Assembly: GCA_041675165.1 (NCBI GenBank) | Contig: JBAYUI010000002.1 | Span: 376-64,375, forward strand | Reading direction: 5' to 3' | DNA from: Parcubacteria group bacterium | GTDB taxonomy: Bacteria > Patescibacteriota > Minisyncoccia > Moranbacterales > UBA2206 | Length of the DNA stretch: 64,000 nt | Part shown: positions 10,605 through 19,497 of the stretch, in pieces | Position numbering within the stretch: position 1 is the first letter of the stretch | Layout: the number at the start of each line of letters is the position of its first letter | Made by a program: the position numbers and the translations under genes | The notes under the pieces: generated by a model | What the model was told of the DNA's origin: nothing | Database searches by the model: none | Seen by the model: the letters and a program-made list of their open reading frames with translations, nothing else

Positions 10605-13577
10605 ATGGAAGAAAACGCCAAATATAACCCGAAGGAAATTGAGGCCAAATGGCAGAAGTTTTGGCTTGAAAAAGGCGATTCTAAGATAGATAAAGACGAT
10701 GAAACCAAGAAGAAATTCTATATTTTAGACATGTTTCCCTATCCGTCCGGCAGTGGGCTGCATATGGGACACACGGAGAGTTATACGGCCAGCGATGTGG
10801 TTTATCGCTATAAAAAACTGCAGGGGTTTAATGTGCTTCATCCGCAAGGCTTTGATGCTTTCGGGCTGCCGGCGGAAAATTATGCCATTAAGACCGGCAT
10901 TTCTCCGGTGGAAACGACCAAGGCAAACATGGCCAATTATATCCGGCAGATGCAGTCACTCGGTTTTGCCTATGATTTTTCCGAAGCCGCGGTCACGTGC
11001 GATCCGGAATATTATAAATGGACGCAATGGATCTTCGGGGAATTTTTCAAAAACGGATTAGTATATAAAAAGACAGCCAAGACCAACTGGTGTTCTTCTT
11101 GTCAAACAGTGATTGCCAATGAACAAGTGTTGGATGGCAAATGTGAACGCTGCGGAACGGAAATTGAACAAAGAGCTGTACCGAGCTGGTTTTTCAAGAT
11201 CACGGATTTTGCCGAAGAACTAATTGGGGGATTGGACAAAGTTGATTGGCCGGAATATACCAAAAAGAATCAGAAAAATTGGATCGGAAAAAGTGAAGGA
11301 GTGACCGTTTCATTTGAAATAAAAATTTCAAATGAAAACGGAATTTCCAATTTCCAATTTCCAATTTCCAATAAAATCCAAAATCAAAATGATAAAAACC
11401 AAAAACAATTTATTGAGGTTTTTACCACCAGAATAGACACAATATATGGCGTGACTTATTTAGTTTTGGCACCGGAGCATGGGCTAGTTCAGGAACTGAA
11501 AAACGAGATCAAGAATTTTTCTGAAGTTGAAAAATATATTGAGCAAGCCAAAAACAAGACAGAGCTGAGCCGGATGGAGGCCAAAGAAAAAACAGGCGTG
11601 GAATTGCAAGGCATTAAGGCTATTAATCCATTTAATAATAAAGAAGTGCCGATTTTCATCGCGGACTATGTTTTGGCGCAATATGGCACGGGAGCAGTGA
11701 TGGCCGTGCCGGCTCATGATGAACGAGATTTTGAGTTTGCGAAGAGATATGATTTGGAAATCAAGGCAGTAATCGCCGTTGATGATTCTAATAGTTCTAT
11801 TTCTGTGGCAGTTTTAAGTTTCGCTAAAAAAATCGCGCAATATGCTTCAGAGAAAAAGATACTCGCAGTTTTCGATGGCGGAATTGGTTTGGATATTGCG
11901 TTTGGAAAAATTACCAGAAATCATGACGATATAGATTTACAAGTAGAAAGTGGTGAGCTTGATAAGTGGATAAAATATTTAGAAGAGGAAAATTTTAAAG
12001 TAAAAAAAAATCCTGATAAAAGATTTGATATTTATACGGCTGATAATGGTATTTTCCATATAGACTTCGGATGCTATATCGATCTGGATAAAAATAAAAA
12101 TGATAAGGATTATCTTATAAGAAATGTTATTGATGAGATTGAATTTGCAACTTTTAAACCAGGGGAAATATTAGAGTATAAAATTTCTGAAATAAAAAGA
12201 TTGGGAATCAAGAGACAAAAAGACTCGCATGATTTAGCCTTGCATAGCATGGAGGCTTTTGTGGAAGACGGATTTCTTATAAATTCCAGTGAGTATTCTG
12301 GATTATCTTCCAAAAATGCGCGGGAAAAAATGGCCGAATGGTTGGAAGAAAAAAAGCTTGGTGAAAAAATAACAAATTATCGTTTGCGGGACTGGTCCAT
12401 TTCTAGGCAGAGGTATTGGGGCTGTCCGATCCCGATCGTCTATTCTCCGGACGGGGAGGCGCATCTGGTTCCGGAGGAACATCTGCCGTGGAAATTGCCG
12501 ATGGACGTCGATTTTGTGCCGACCGGCACTTCGCCTTTGGCCAAGTCCGAGGAGCTGAAAAAACGGACGCAAGATTTTTTTGGTGCTGGCTGGACAGCGG
12601 AATATGACACCATGGACACCTTCGTTGATTCTTCGTGGTATTTCTTGCGTTATCCGGATGCGCACAACGACAAAGAATTTTGTTCCAAGGAGCGATTGAA
12701 AAAATGGTTGCCGGTGGACGTCTATATCGGTGGCGCGGAGCACACTTATATGCATCTGCTTTTCGCCAGGTTTTTTGTGAAAGCCATGCATCGGATCGGC
12801 CTTTTGGATTTCGATGAACCGTTTTTGAAGTTGCGCCATCAAGGGATGGTTTTGGACAAGGAAGGCAAGAAAATGTCCAAATCAAAGGGCAATGTCATCA
12901 ATCCGGACGAAATGGTGGAAAAATTCGGCGCTGACTCAGTGCGAGCGTATATGCTTTTCGCAGCGCCCTTGGAAGATGCTGTGATGTGGAATGAGGATAA
13001 TATTATTGGGGTGAGGAGGTTTTTGGAGAAAGTTTGGAAAATACAATATAAAATTACAAATGACAAATTGCAAATTTCAAATAAAGCTCAAAATCCAAAT
13101 GACCAAAATAAAAAACTAAATTCGCTGATACATAAAACCATTAAGAAAGTTGGAGAAGATATTGAAAACTTTAGATTTAATACGGCAGTGAGCCAGCTTA
13201 TGATACTCGTGAACGAGATGGAAAAACAAGAAGAATTAAGCATTACTGATTACGAATTATTGATTATTCTTCTTGCTCCATTTGCTCCACACATTGCCGA
13301 AGAAATTTTCCAAGAAGTTCTGGGTCACAAGGAATCGATATTTTTGCAGAAGTGGCCGGAGTTTTCTGAAACACTGACCAAGGATGAAGAGATCAATTTG
13401 GTGTTGCAAGTGAATGGCAAGGTGCGGGATATGGTGGCAGTGAGCGCAGATATATCAGAAGAAGAAGCGAAAGAAATCGCCTTGGTGAGTGAAAAAATCA
13501 AAAAGCATATTGCTGATAAAGAAATCAAGAAAATTATTTTTGTGAAAGGGAAGTTGGTTAATATCGTTGTAATGTAA
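10605..13577 (+). CDS. leuS: Leucyl-tRNA synthetase with an inserted nucleotidyltransferase domain and low-complexity inserts
   Basis: HMGH, KMSKS, editing-domain motifs TTRIDT and AVPAHDERD. 990 aa. Nucleotides 11760-12300 encode an ANT(2'')-like domain (GGIGLDIAFGKITRNHDDIDL). Confidence 0.95.
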   Translation: MEENAKYNPKEIEAKWQKFWLEKGDSKIDKDDETKKKFYILDMFPYPSGSGLHMGHTESYTASDVVYRYKKLQGFNVLHPQGFDAFGLPAENYAIKTGISPVETTKANMANYIRQMQSLGFAYDFSEAAVTCDPEYYKWTQWIFGEFFKNGLVYKKTAKTNWCSSCQTVIANEQVLDGKCERCGTEIEQRAVPSWFFKITDFAEELIGGLDKVDWPEYTKKNQKNWIGKSEGVTVSFEIKISNENGISNFQFPISNKIQNQNDKNQKQFIEVFTTRIDTIYGVTYLVLAPEHGLVQELKNEIKNFSEVEKYIEQAKNKTELSRMEAKEKTGVELQGIKAINPFNNKEVPIFIADYVLAQYGTGAVMAVPAHDERDFEFAKRYDLEIKAVIAVDDSNSSISVAVLSFAKKIAQYASEKKILAVFDGGIGLDIAFGKITRNHDDIDLQVESGELDKWIKYLEEENFKVKKNPDKRFDIYTADNGIFHIDFGCYIDLDKNKNDKDYLIRNVIDEIEFATFKPGEILEYKISEIKRLGIKRQKDSHDLALHSMEAFVEDGFLINSSEYSGLSSKNAREKMAEWLEEKKLGEKITNYRLRDWSISRQRYWGCPIPIVYSPDGEAHLVPEEHLPWKLPMDVDFVPTGTSPLAKSEELKKRTQDFFGAGWTAEYDTMDTFVDSSWYFLRYPDAHNDKEFCSKERLKKWLPVDVYIGGAEHTYMHLLFARFFVKAMHRIGLLDFDEPFLKLRHQGMVLDKEGKKMSKSKGNVINPDEMVEKFGADSVRAYMLFAAPLEDAVMWNEDNIIGVRRFLEKVWKIQYKITNDKLQISNKAQNPNDQNKKLNSLIHKTIKKVGEDIENFRFNTAVSQLMILVNEMEKQEELSITDYELLIILLAPFAPHIAEEIFQEVLGHKESIFLQKWPEFSETLTKDEEINLVLQVNGKVRDMVAVSADISEEEAKEIALVSEKIKKHIADKEIKKIIFVKGKLVNIVVM

Positions 13578-13579
13578 TA

Positions 13580-13668
13580 CAAATACGCGAATTTTACACA
13601 AATACGCGAATGCGCGAATGAATACCCATTCGCGTCATTCGCATCAATTCGTGTATTTGCATCAAATC
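13580..13668. repeat. Intergenic imperfect palindrome (cgcgaatg / cattcgcg units)
   Basis: caaatacgcgaatgcgcgaatgaatacccattcgcgtcattcgcatcaattcgtgtatttg. Confidence 0.5.
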
Positions 13669-13672
13669 TATT

Positions 13673-14353
13673 ATGCAAGCAGTCATCCTCGCCGCTGGAC
13701 GCGGAAAAAGAATGGGAAAACTGACAGTGGCTACGACGAAACCGATGCTCAAAATCAAGGGCAAGCCGATCCTTGAGCACAAACTCAATGCCTTGCCGAA
13801 AAAGATCAAAGAGATCATTTTCGTAGTGGGCTATCACAGTATGCATATCATTTCGCACTTCAAACATTGTTATGGCGGACGACGCATCATCTATGTCTTT
13901 CAAAGCAGTTTGAACGGGACGGGCGGAGCGTTGCATTTGGCCAAAAGCATCCTCAGGGATAAATTTCTGGTGATGATGGGGGACGATCTGTATCACAAGA
14001 AAGATCTGGAAGAAATGATCAAATATGATCTGGCCATCATGGGGCACGGTGTGTCGGACCCCAGCTCGTTCGGGATGATCAAAGATGACGGCAAAGGCTT
14101 GATGCTGGACGTGGTTGAGAAACCGAAAAATTCCCGCCATAAATTGGCCAATACCGGTGTATACGTTTTAAACAGGGCTTTTTTCGATTATGAATTGGTG
14201 CCGATCGGCAAAGTAGAATTCGGTTTGCCGCAGACCTTGGCCAAGATGGCGGCGAAGCATAAGATCAAGATCCACACAGCCCGTGCTTGGCATCCGATCG
14301 GAAATGCCGAAGATCTGAAGAAGGCGGAAGAGATTATTCAGACTTTTTTGTGA
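13673..14353 (+). CDS. Sugar-phosphate nucleotidyltransferase (NTP_transferase family)
   Basis: N-terminal AVILAAGRGKRMG motif typical of glucose-1-P thymidylyl/uridylyltransferases. 226 aa. Confidence 0.75.
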   Translation: MQAVILAAGRGKRMGKLTVATTKPMLKIKGKPILEHKLNALPKKIKEIIFVVGYHSMHIISHFKHCYGGRRIIYVFQSSLNGTGGALHLAKSILRDKFLVMMGDDLYHKKDLEEMIKYDLAIMGHGVSDPSSFGMIKDDGKGLMLDVVEKPKNSRHKLANTGVYVLNRAFFDYELVPIGKVEFGLPQTLAKMAAKHKIKIHTARAWHPIGNAEDLKKAEEIIQTFL

Positions 14354-14412
14354 GCGCTAAGGCGAGTTGGGGGATGAGAAAACATAATTCGTGATATTAT
14401 ATAGAATAGAAA

Positions 14413-14805
14413 ATGGATATCCGCGCTATTAAAAATGATCGCTTCTATTTTTGGACCAATCACGCCAAATACAAACTTTTGCAATATGGTTTTAGTCCGA
14501 CGGCCATTAAGAATGTCATCCGCCGGCCGGAGAGGACGGAAGAGGGCATTGCGCCCGAAACGATAGCGGTAATGCGGAGGAAGGATGCCAAGAAAACGAA
14601 ACGGGAAATCTGGGTGATGTATCAAAAAGTTAAAAAGGAAAAGTTTCCGCCAAAGGCGGATCAGTCTATGGCTGAAAAAGATAAAAGTGGCGGAAAAATT
14701 AAAATTATCAGCGCCTGGATCTATCCCGGAGTGAGTCCGACGGATAAGGAAATTTTTGTGCCGGAGGACGTGTGGGAGGCGCTCGGAGAATGCGTAAGTC
14801 AATAA
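14413..14805 (+). CDS. Hypothetical protein
   Basis: 130-aa ORF with coding-like composition. No family recognised. Confidence 0.4.
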   Translation: MDIRAIKNDRFYFWTNHAKYKLLQYGFSPTAIKNVIRRPERTEEGIAPETIAVMRRKDAKKTKREIWVMYQKVKKEKFPPKADQSMAEKDKSGGKIKIISAWIYPGVSPTDKEIFVPEDVWEALGECVSQ

Positions 14806-16280
14806 AACAAAAAATGGAAAACAAAAATATCGAAAAAATATCTCAAGAAAAGTTTTTTACCCTCTCTGAATTTCGCCATCGCGTCGGTATTCCTCTAATT
14901 ATGGCGAAAAAGTTGGTGATATGGGGCGAAGTGCGCGCGGTGCGGGCACTGGATGGCACTTGGCTCATCGCGGAAACAGAAGTGGTTAAAATCGCAAGAA
15001 TCATCAAAAATCCTTGGAAGAAGGCGTATTATTTTTTCCGTGCCTTGGGCCCTGGGGTGATTACGGGGGCCTCAGATGATGATCCGAGCGGCATTGGGAC
15101 TTATTCTTCCGTGGGAGCGCAATTCGGACTCGGACTTTTATGGATGGCGGCTTGGATCTTGCCGATGATGATGGCCATCCAGGAGGCGTGCGCGCGGATT
15201 GGGATCGTCACTAATCGGGGCTTGGCCGGAGTCCTGCAGAAGCACTATCATCGCAAAGTGATGGTTGGCATCGTGTCCATTCTTATCCTGGCCAATGTGA
15301 TAAACATCGGAGCGGATATCGGGGCGATGGCCAAATCTTTGCAGATGCTCATCAATATAAATTTTTATCTGGCAGCAATCGCGTTTGCGGCGATGATTAT
15401 CCTGCTGGAAGTTTTTGTTGGTTATCATACATATGTCAAAATTTTGAAGTGGCTGACGATTTCTGTCCTGGCTTATGTGGTGACGGGAATCATCATCAAA
15501 CCCGATTGGAATGCGATTCTGGCGGCGGCCGTTGTTCCTGAAATGCATTTTAATCGGGAATATCTTTTCGCTATCATTGCTGTGTTTGGGACAAGTATCA
15601 CGCCGTATCTGTTTTTTTGGCAGACTTCCGAAGAAGTGGAAGAGAACAAGAAGGATAAAAAACTATTCCGTAGCCTGCATCAGAAAGACGATCGTACGAT
15701 TGTGAATCGGATTGCCAAGATGCGCACAGACGTGGAAACCGGCATGGTTCTGGCCAATGTCGTTTTCTTTTTCATCATTGTGACCACCGCCCAAGTCTTG
15801 TTCAAAAACGGAATTTTCAATATTGATTCGGCAGAGCAAGCGGCGTTGGCGCTCAGGCCGTTGGCCGGTGATTATGCTTATCTGCTTTTCGCTCTCGGCA
15901 TCATCGGAACGGGACTTCTGGCGGTGCCGATCTTGGCCGGTTCAGGAGCTTATGCCTTGTCTGAAATTATGAAATGGCACGAAGGCTTGGAAGAAAAATT
16001 TTCCCGCGCCAAAGGATTCTATCTGGTCATCATAGTTTCCATCTTGGTCGGACTGGCTCTGAACTTTTTCCACATCAATCCGATTGCCGCTTTATACTAT
16101 TCAGCTTTCCTTAATGGCGTGATTTCTTTGCCGCTTCTGGCGGCCATTATGATCGTGAGCGATGACAAAAAGATAATGGGGCGCGAAACCAATCCTCTCT
16201 GGGTCAGGATTTTTGGCTGGTTGGCGGTGGTTTTCATCACGGGGATGATCATTTTGGCGGGCGTACTTTATTTCATCTGA
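14790..16280 (+). CDS. mntH: NRAMP/MntH-family divalent metal transporter with an N-terminal HTH-like extension
   Basis: GPGVITGASDDDPSGIGTYSSVGAQFGLGLLWMAAW signature. ~90-aa N-terminal extension (LSEFRHRVGIPLIMAKKLVIWGEV) resembles an excisionase/MerR-type HTH. Start codon uncertain (14772, 14790 or 14814). Confidence 0.8.
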   Translation: MRKSIKQKMENKNIEKISQEKFFTLSEFRHRVGIPLIMAKKLVIWGEVRAVRALDGTWLIAETEVVKIARIIKNPWKKAYYFFRALGPGVITGASDDDPSGIGTYSSVGAQFGLGLLWMAAWILPMMMAIQEACARIGIVTNRGLAGVLQKHYHRKVMVGIVSILILANVINIGADIGAMAKSLQMLININFYLAAIAFAAMIILLEVFVGYHTYVKILKWLTISVLAYVVTGIIIKPDWNAILAAAVVPEMHFNREYLFAIIAVFGTSITPYLFFWQTSEEVEENKKDKKLFRSLHQKDDRTIVNRIAKMRTDVETGMVLANVVFFFIIVTTAQVLFKNGIFNIDSAEQAALALRPLAGDYAYLLFALGIIGTGLLAVPILAGSGAYALSEIMKWHEGLEEKFSRAKGFYLVIIVSILVGLALNFFHINPIAALYYSAFLNGVISLPLLAAIMIVSDDKKIMGRETNPLWVRIFGWLAVVFITGMIILAGVLYFI

Positions 16281-16351
16281 TAACTTGTTGCCACATAAAA
16301 AATTTTAGCAATCCTTGCAATATCAGCCAGACTGAAGTAAGATTATGACCT

Positions 16352-17428
16352 ATGGATATTGAAAAATTAGAGGTTTTCTTGCAAGAACACAATCAGCCGA
16401 AATTTCGTTTGAAACAGGTCAAAAAAGCCATTTTCCAGGATGGGATTTCGAGCTTTTCAGAAATTACGACACTGAGCAAGGAATTGCGCGAAGAATTGGC
16501 CAAAAAGATGGAAGTATTGTCTTTTTCGGTGGAAAAAGTATTAGTTTCCAAAGATGGAAAATCGGCCAAGGCACTCTTTAAGTTGCAGGACGGGAAATTC
16601 ATCGAAGCAGTCCTGATTTCTCCGCTTGAAAACACTTGGTCAGTGTGTGTTTCGTCGCAAGTCGGCTGTCCGTTGGGATGTGAATTTTGTTCAACGGGGC
16701 AGATGGGTTTCGTGCGGAATCTGACGGCCGAAGAAATCACGGATCAGGTTTTGTTCTGGAAAAACTTCCTCCGTAACCCCTCCGGTTTCACAACCCCTCC
16801 GCCCCGATTACGGGGCACCTCCCCTGAATACAGGAGAGGGGGAGTATTGAGCAATGTCGTCTACATGGGGATGGGGGAGCCGTTCCTCAATTGGAAGGAA
16901 GTGAGCCGAAGCTTGCATGATCTCATCGATCCGGAGTTGTTCGGTTTCGGCGCGCGGAGCATTTCGGTTTCCACGGCCGGCATTCCGGAAGGAATTCTCA
17001 AAATGGCTGAGGAATTTCCACAAGTGAATCTGGCACTGTCACTGCATTTCGGAAGGGATGAAAAAAGAAGTGAGATTATGCCCATCAATCGTCAGTATAA
17101 TCTGGAAGCTGTTCGAGAAGCACTCTGGAAATATTTTGAGCTGTCTAATCGAAAAGTTTTTTTGGAATACGTGATGCTTAGTGGAATAAATGACAGCCAA
17201 AAGGACGCGGAGTCCTTGGCGCGTTTCGTGAAATCCATCGGTAAGCTGCAACTTTTGCACATCAATCTGATCCGCTATAGCGCGACGGGTTCGAAATTCA
17301 AACCCTCAAGCAAAGAGCAGACGTTGAAATTCAAGAATTATTTATTGAGCCAGAATCTGAGCGTGACCATCCGGAAAAGCTTAGGGGAAGAAATACAGGG
17401 GGCGTGCGGACAACTCGCTTCGCACTAA
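16352..17428 (+). CDS. rlmN: 23S rRNA (adenine2503-C2) methyltransferase RlmN (radical SAM). Carries an in-frame palindromic insertion
   Basis: VGCPLGCEFCSTG radical-SAM motif, MGMGEPFLN. A 27-aa Pro/Gly-rich insert is encoded by the 16770-16846 element. Confidence 0.9.
   Translation: MDIEKLEVFLQEHNQPKFRLKQVKKAIFQDGISSFSEITTLSKELREELAKKMEVLSFSVEKVLVSKDGKSAKALFKLQDGKFIEAVLISPLENTWSVCVSSQVGCPLGCEFCSTGQMGFVRNLTAEEITDQVLFWKNFLRNPSGFTTPPPRLRGTSPEYRRGGVLSNVVYMGMGEPFLNWKEVSRSLHDLIDPELFGFGARSISVSTAGIPEGILKMAEEFPQVNLALSLHFGRDEKRSEIMPINRQYNLEAVREALWKYFELSNRKVFLEYVMLSGINDSQKDAESLARFVKSIGKLQLLHINLIRYSATGSKFKPSSKEQTLKFKNYLLSQNLSVTIRKSLGEEIQGACGQLASH
16770..16846. repeat. Compound-hairpin element inserted in-frame in rlmN (RPE-like), copy 1
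   Basis: acaacccctccgccccgattacggggcacctcccctgaatacaggagagggggag contains nested hairpins ccccg-atta-cgggg and cccctg-aata-cagg. Near-identical copy in dxs. Confidence 0.8.
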
Positions 17429-17459
17429 CTTTCGCTGTTTAAATATATGCAATATATTT

Positions 17460-19385
17460 ATGAAAAAAAATAAATCAAAAAAAATATTAGACTCGATCAA
17501 TTTTCCGGCTGACCTGAGAAAATTGCCAAAAGAAAAGTTGTCCGAGCTGTGCAAAGAAGTGCGGCAGTTTTTGATCGATAGTGTGGCGGTGACGGGCGGG
17601 CATTTCGGCTCGAATTTGGGCGTGGTGGAGCTGACCGTGGCTTTGCATTATGTTTTTGAAACGCCGCAAGATAAATTGATCTGGGACGTTGGGCATCAGA
17701 GTTATCCGCATAAGATCCTGACTGGAAGAAAAGACAAAATGACGACGATCCGTAAATTTGGCGGGCTGGCACCTTTTCCCCGAAGGGAAGAAAGCGAATA
17801 TGACACTTTCAATGTGGGGCACTCCAGCACTTCTATCGGGGCGGCCGCCGGTATGGCGCTAGCCGAGCGTGACAAAAAAAATCCGGCGCAAATCGTGGCT
17901 ATCATTGGGGATGGGGCGCTGACTGGCGGGATGGCTTTGGAAGCGCTGAACCACGCGGGCGATGCGGCATCTGATATGCTGGTGATTCTGAATGACAATA
18001 AGATGTCCATTTCGCCGAACGTCGGGGCGATGGGTCAATATCTGACGCGACTCATTTCCTCGCCAGCTTACGTGAATACGCGTGCCAAGGGGCGGGAATT
18101 TTTTGATGCCGCGCCGCGCCTTAAAAGGATCCTGATGCGCGCCGAATCGCACACCAAAGGTATGATAGTGCCCGGCACGCTGTTCGAAGAATTGGGTTTT
18201 GAATATTATGGTCCGATCGATGGACACGATGTTTTGTCTTTGGTGGAAGTGCTTGAGAATTTGAAAAAAATCAAAGGGCCGAAATTTTTGCATATCTTGA
18301 CCAAAAAAGGCAAGGGCTATGCTCCCGCTGAAAATGACCGTTTGTCTTTTCATGCGGTGAAACCGTTTGATCCCATAACAGGCAAAAATATTCCCGGCAA
18401 ACAAAAAAGCAGTAGCTATACAGATATTTTTTCACAGTGGATCTGTGACAAGGCCGCGAAGGAAAAAAATTTGCACGCCATCACACCGGCCATGTGCCAT
18501 GGTTCCGGTCTGGTTGAGTTCAAAGAAAAATTTCCCTCTCGCTATCATGATGTGGGCATCGCTGAACAGCACGCGCTCACTCTGGCCGCGGGACTGGCTG
18601 CGGCGGGGAAAAAACCGGTCGTGGCCATCTATTCATCTTTTTTGCAAAGAGCTTATGACCAACTCATCCATGACATTGCTCTCCAAAATTTGAACGTCCT
18701 TTTGGCGATCGACCGCGCCGGCATTGTCGGGCCGGACGGCGCCACACATGCCGGCAGTTTCGATCTGTCATTTCTGCGGGTCATTCCCAATCTCGTTATT
18801 ATGGCGCCGAGGAATATCAGTGAATGTCGCGCTATGCTGGAAGTTGGTTTTGATCATAAGGGGCCGGTGGCGGTGCGTTATCCGAGAGGCGGGGATGTTG
18901 TTTCTTTGCAACCCCAACTGCAACCACAACCCCTCCGCTCCGACGATTACGTCGGAGCACCTCCCCTGAGTACAGGGGAGGGGGAATCACTCAAAATGGA
19001 AATTGGCAAGGCGCAGGTTTTGCGTGCTGGAAGAAACATTGCCATCTTGGCGTTCGGGGCGATGGTGGAAAGATGCAAAGCAGTGGCTGAAAATTTGGAT
19101 GCTACTTTGATCAATATGCGGTTTGTGAAACCGTTGGATGAAAAATTGCTGGAAGAATTAGCCAAGACGCATAAATATTTCATCACCGTCGAAGACAACG
19201 CCGTTCTCGGCGGCGCCGGCAGTGCGGTGGCCGAGTTTGTGTTGAATAATAAACTTTCTATTTCCATCAAAAACCTTGGTCTGCCCGATGAATTTTTGCC
19301 GCACGGTACGCGGGAAGAAATTTTGGCTCTGGCTGGCCTTTCGGGGGAGGAGATTGAAAAGGCGGTGAGGCGGTTTGTGGGATAG
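17460..19385 (+). CDS. dxs: 1-deoxy-D-xylulose-5-phosphate synthase. Carries the same in-frame palindromic insertion
   Basis: GGHFGSNLGVVELTVALHYVF, DVGHQSYPHKILTGR, thiamine-PP motif GDGALTGG. Extra ~25 aa (QPQLQPQPLRSDDYVGAPPLSTGEGES) from the 18908-18985 element. Confidence 0.95.
   Translation: MKKNKSKKILDSINFPADLRKLPKEKLSELCKEVRQFLIDSVAVTGGHFGSNLGVVELTVALHYVFETPQDKLIWDVGHQSYPHKILTGRKDKMTTIRKFGGLAPFPRREESEYDTFNVGHSSTSIGAAAGMALAERDKKNPAQIVAIIGDGALTGGMALEALNHAGDAASDMLVILNDNKMSISPNVGAMGQYLTRLISSPAYVNTRAKGREFFDAAPRLKRILMRAESHTKGMIVPGTLFEELGFEYYGPIDGHDVLSLVEVLENLKKIKGPKFLHILTKKGKGYAPAENDRLSFHAVKPFDPITGKNIPGKQKSSSYTDIFSQWICDKAAKEKNLHAITPAMCHGSGLVEFKEKFPSRYHDVGIAEQHALTLAAGLAAAGKKPVVAIYSSFLQRAYDQLIHDIALQNLNVLLAIDRAGIVGPDGATHAGSFDLSFLRVIPNLVIMAPRNISECRAMLEVGFDHKGPVAVRYPRGGDVVSLQPQLQPQPLRSDDYVGAPPLSTGEGESLKMEIGKAQVLRAGRNIAILAFGAMVERCKAVAENLDATLINMRFVKPLDEKLLEELAKTHKYFITVEDNAVLGGAGSAVAEFVLNNKLSISIKNLGLPDEFLPHGTREEILALAGLSGEEIEKAVRRFVG
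18908..18985. repeat. Compound-hairpin element inserted in-frame in dxs (RPE-like), copy 2
   Basis: acaacccctccgctccgacgattacgtcggagcacctcccctgagtacaggggagggggaa. Hairpins ctccgacg-atta-cgtcggag and tcccctg-agta-cagggga. Confidence 0.8.
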
Positions 19386-19398
19386 AAAAAATATATTT

Positions 19399-19430
19399 AT
19401 AGAGGCTTCTACGGAGACCTCTATTTTGTT
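19399..19430 (+). terminator. Putative terminator after dxs
   Basis: tagagg...cctcta stem followed by ttttgtt. Confidence 0.4.
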
Positions 19431-19497
19431 ATCAGTAGGACTTGCATCTTTTTCACATAATGATATAATATCATTGAAATCATTTAAAACAAAAAAG

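Noticed and set aside
11335-11420. CRISPR array or other regular repeat-spacer structure among the simple repeats
   Set aside because: The repeats are short tandem or inverted simple motifs without regularly spaced unique spacers, and no cas genes are in the window.
11760-12300. Intein in leuS
   Set aside because: The insert lacks the N-terminal Cys/Ser, block B TxxH and C-terminal HN-Cys/Ser/Thr intein motifs. It instead aligns with a nucleotidyltransferase fold.
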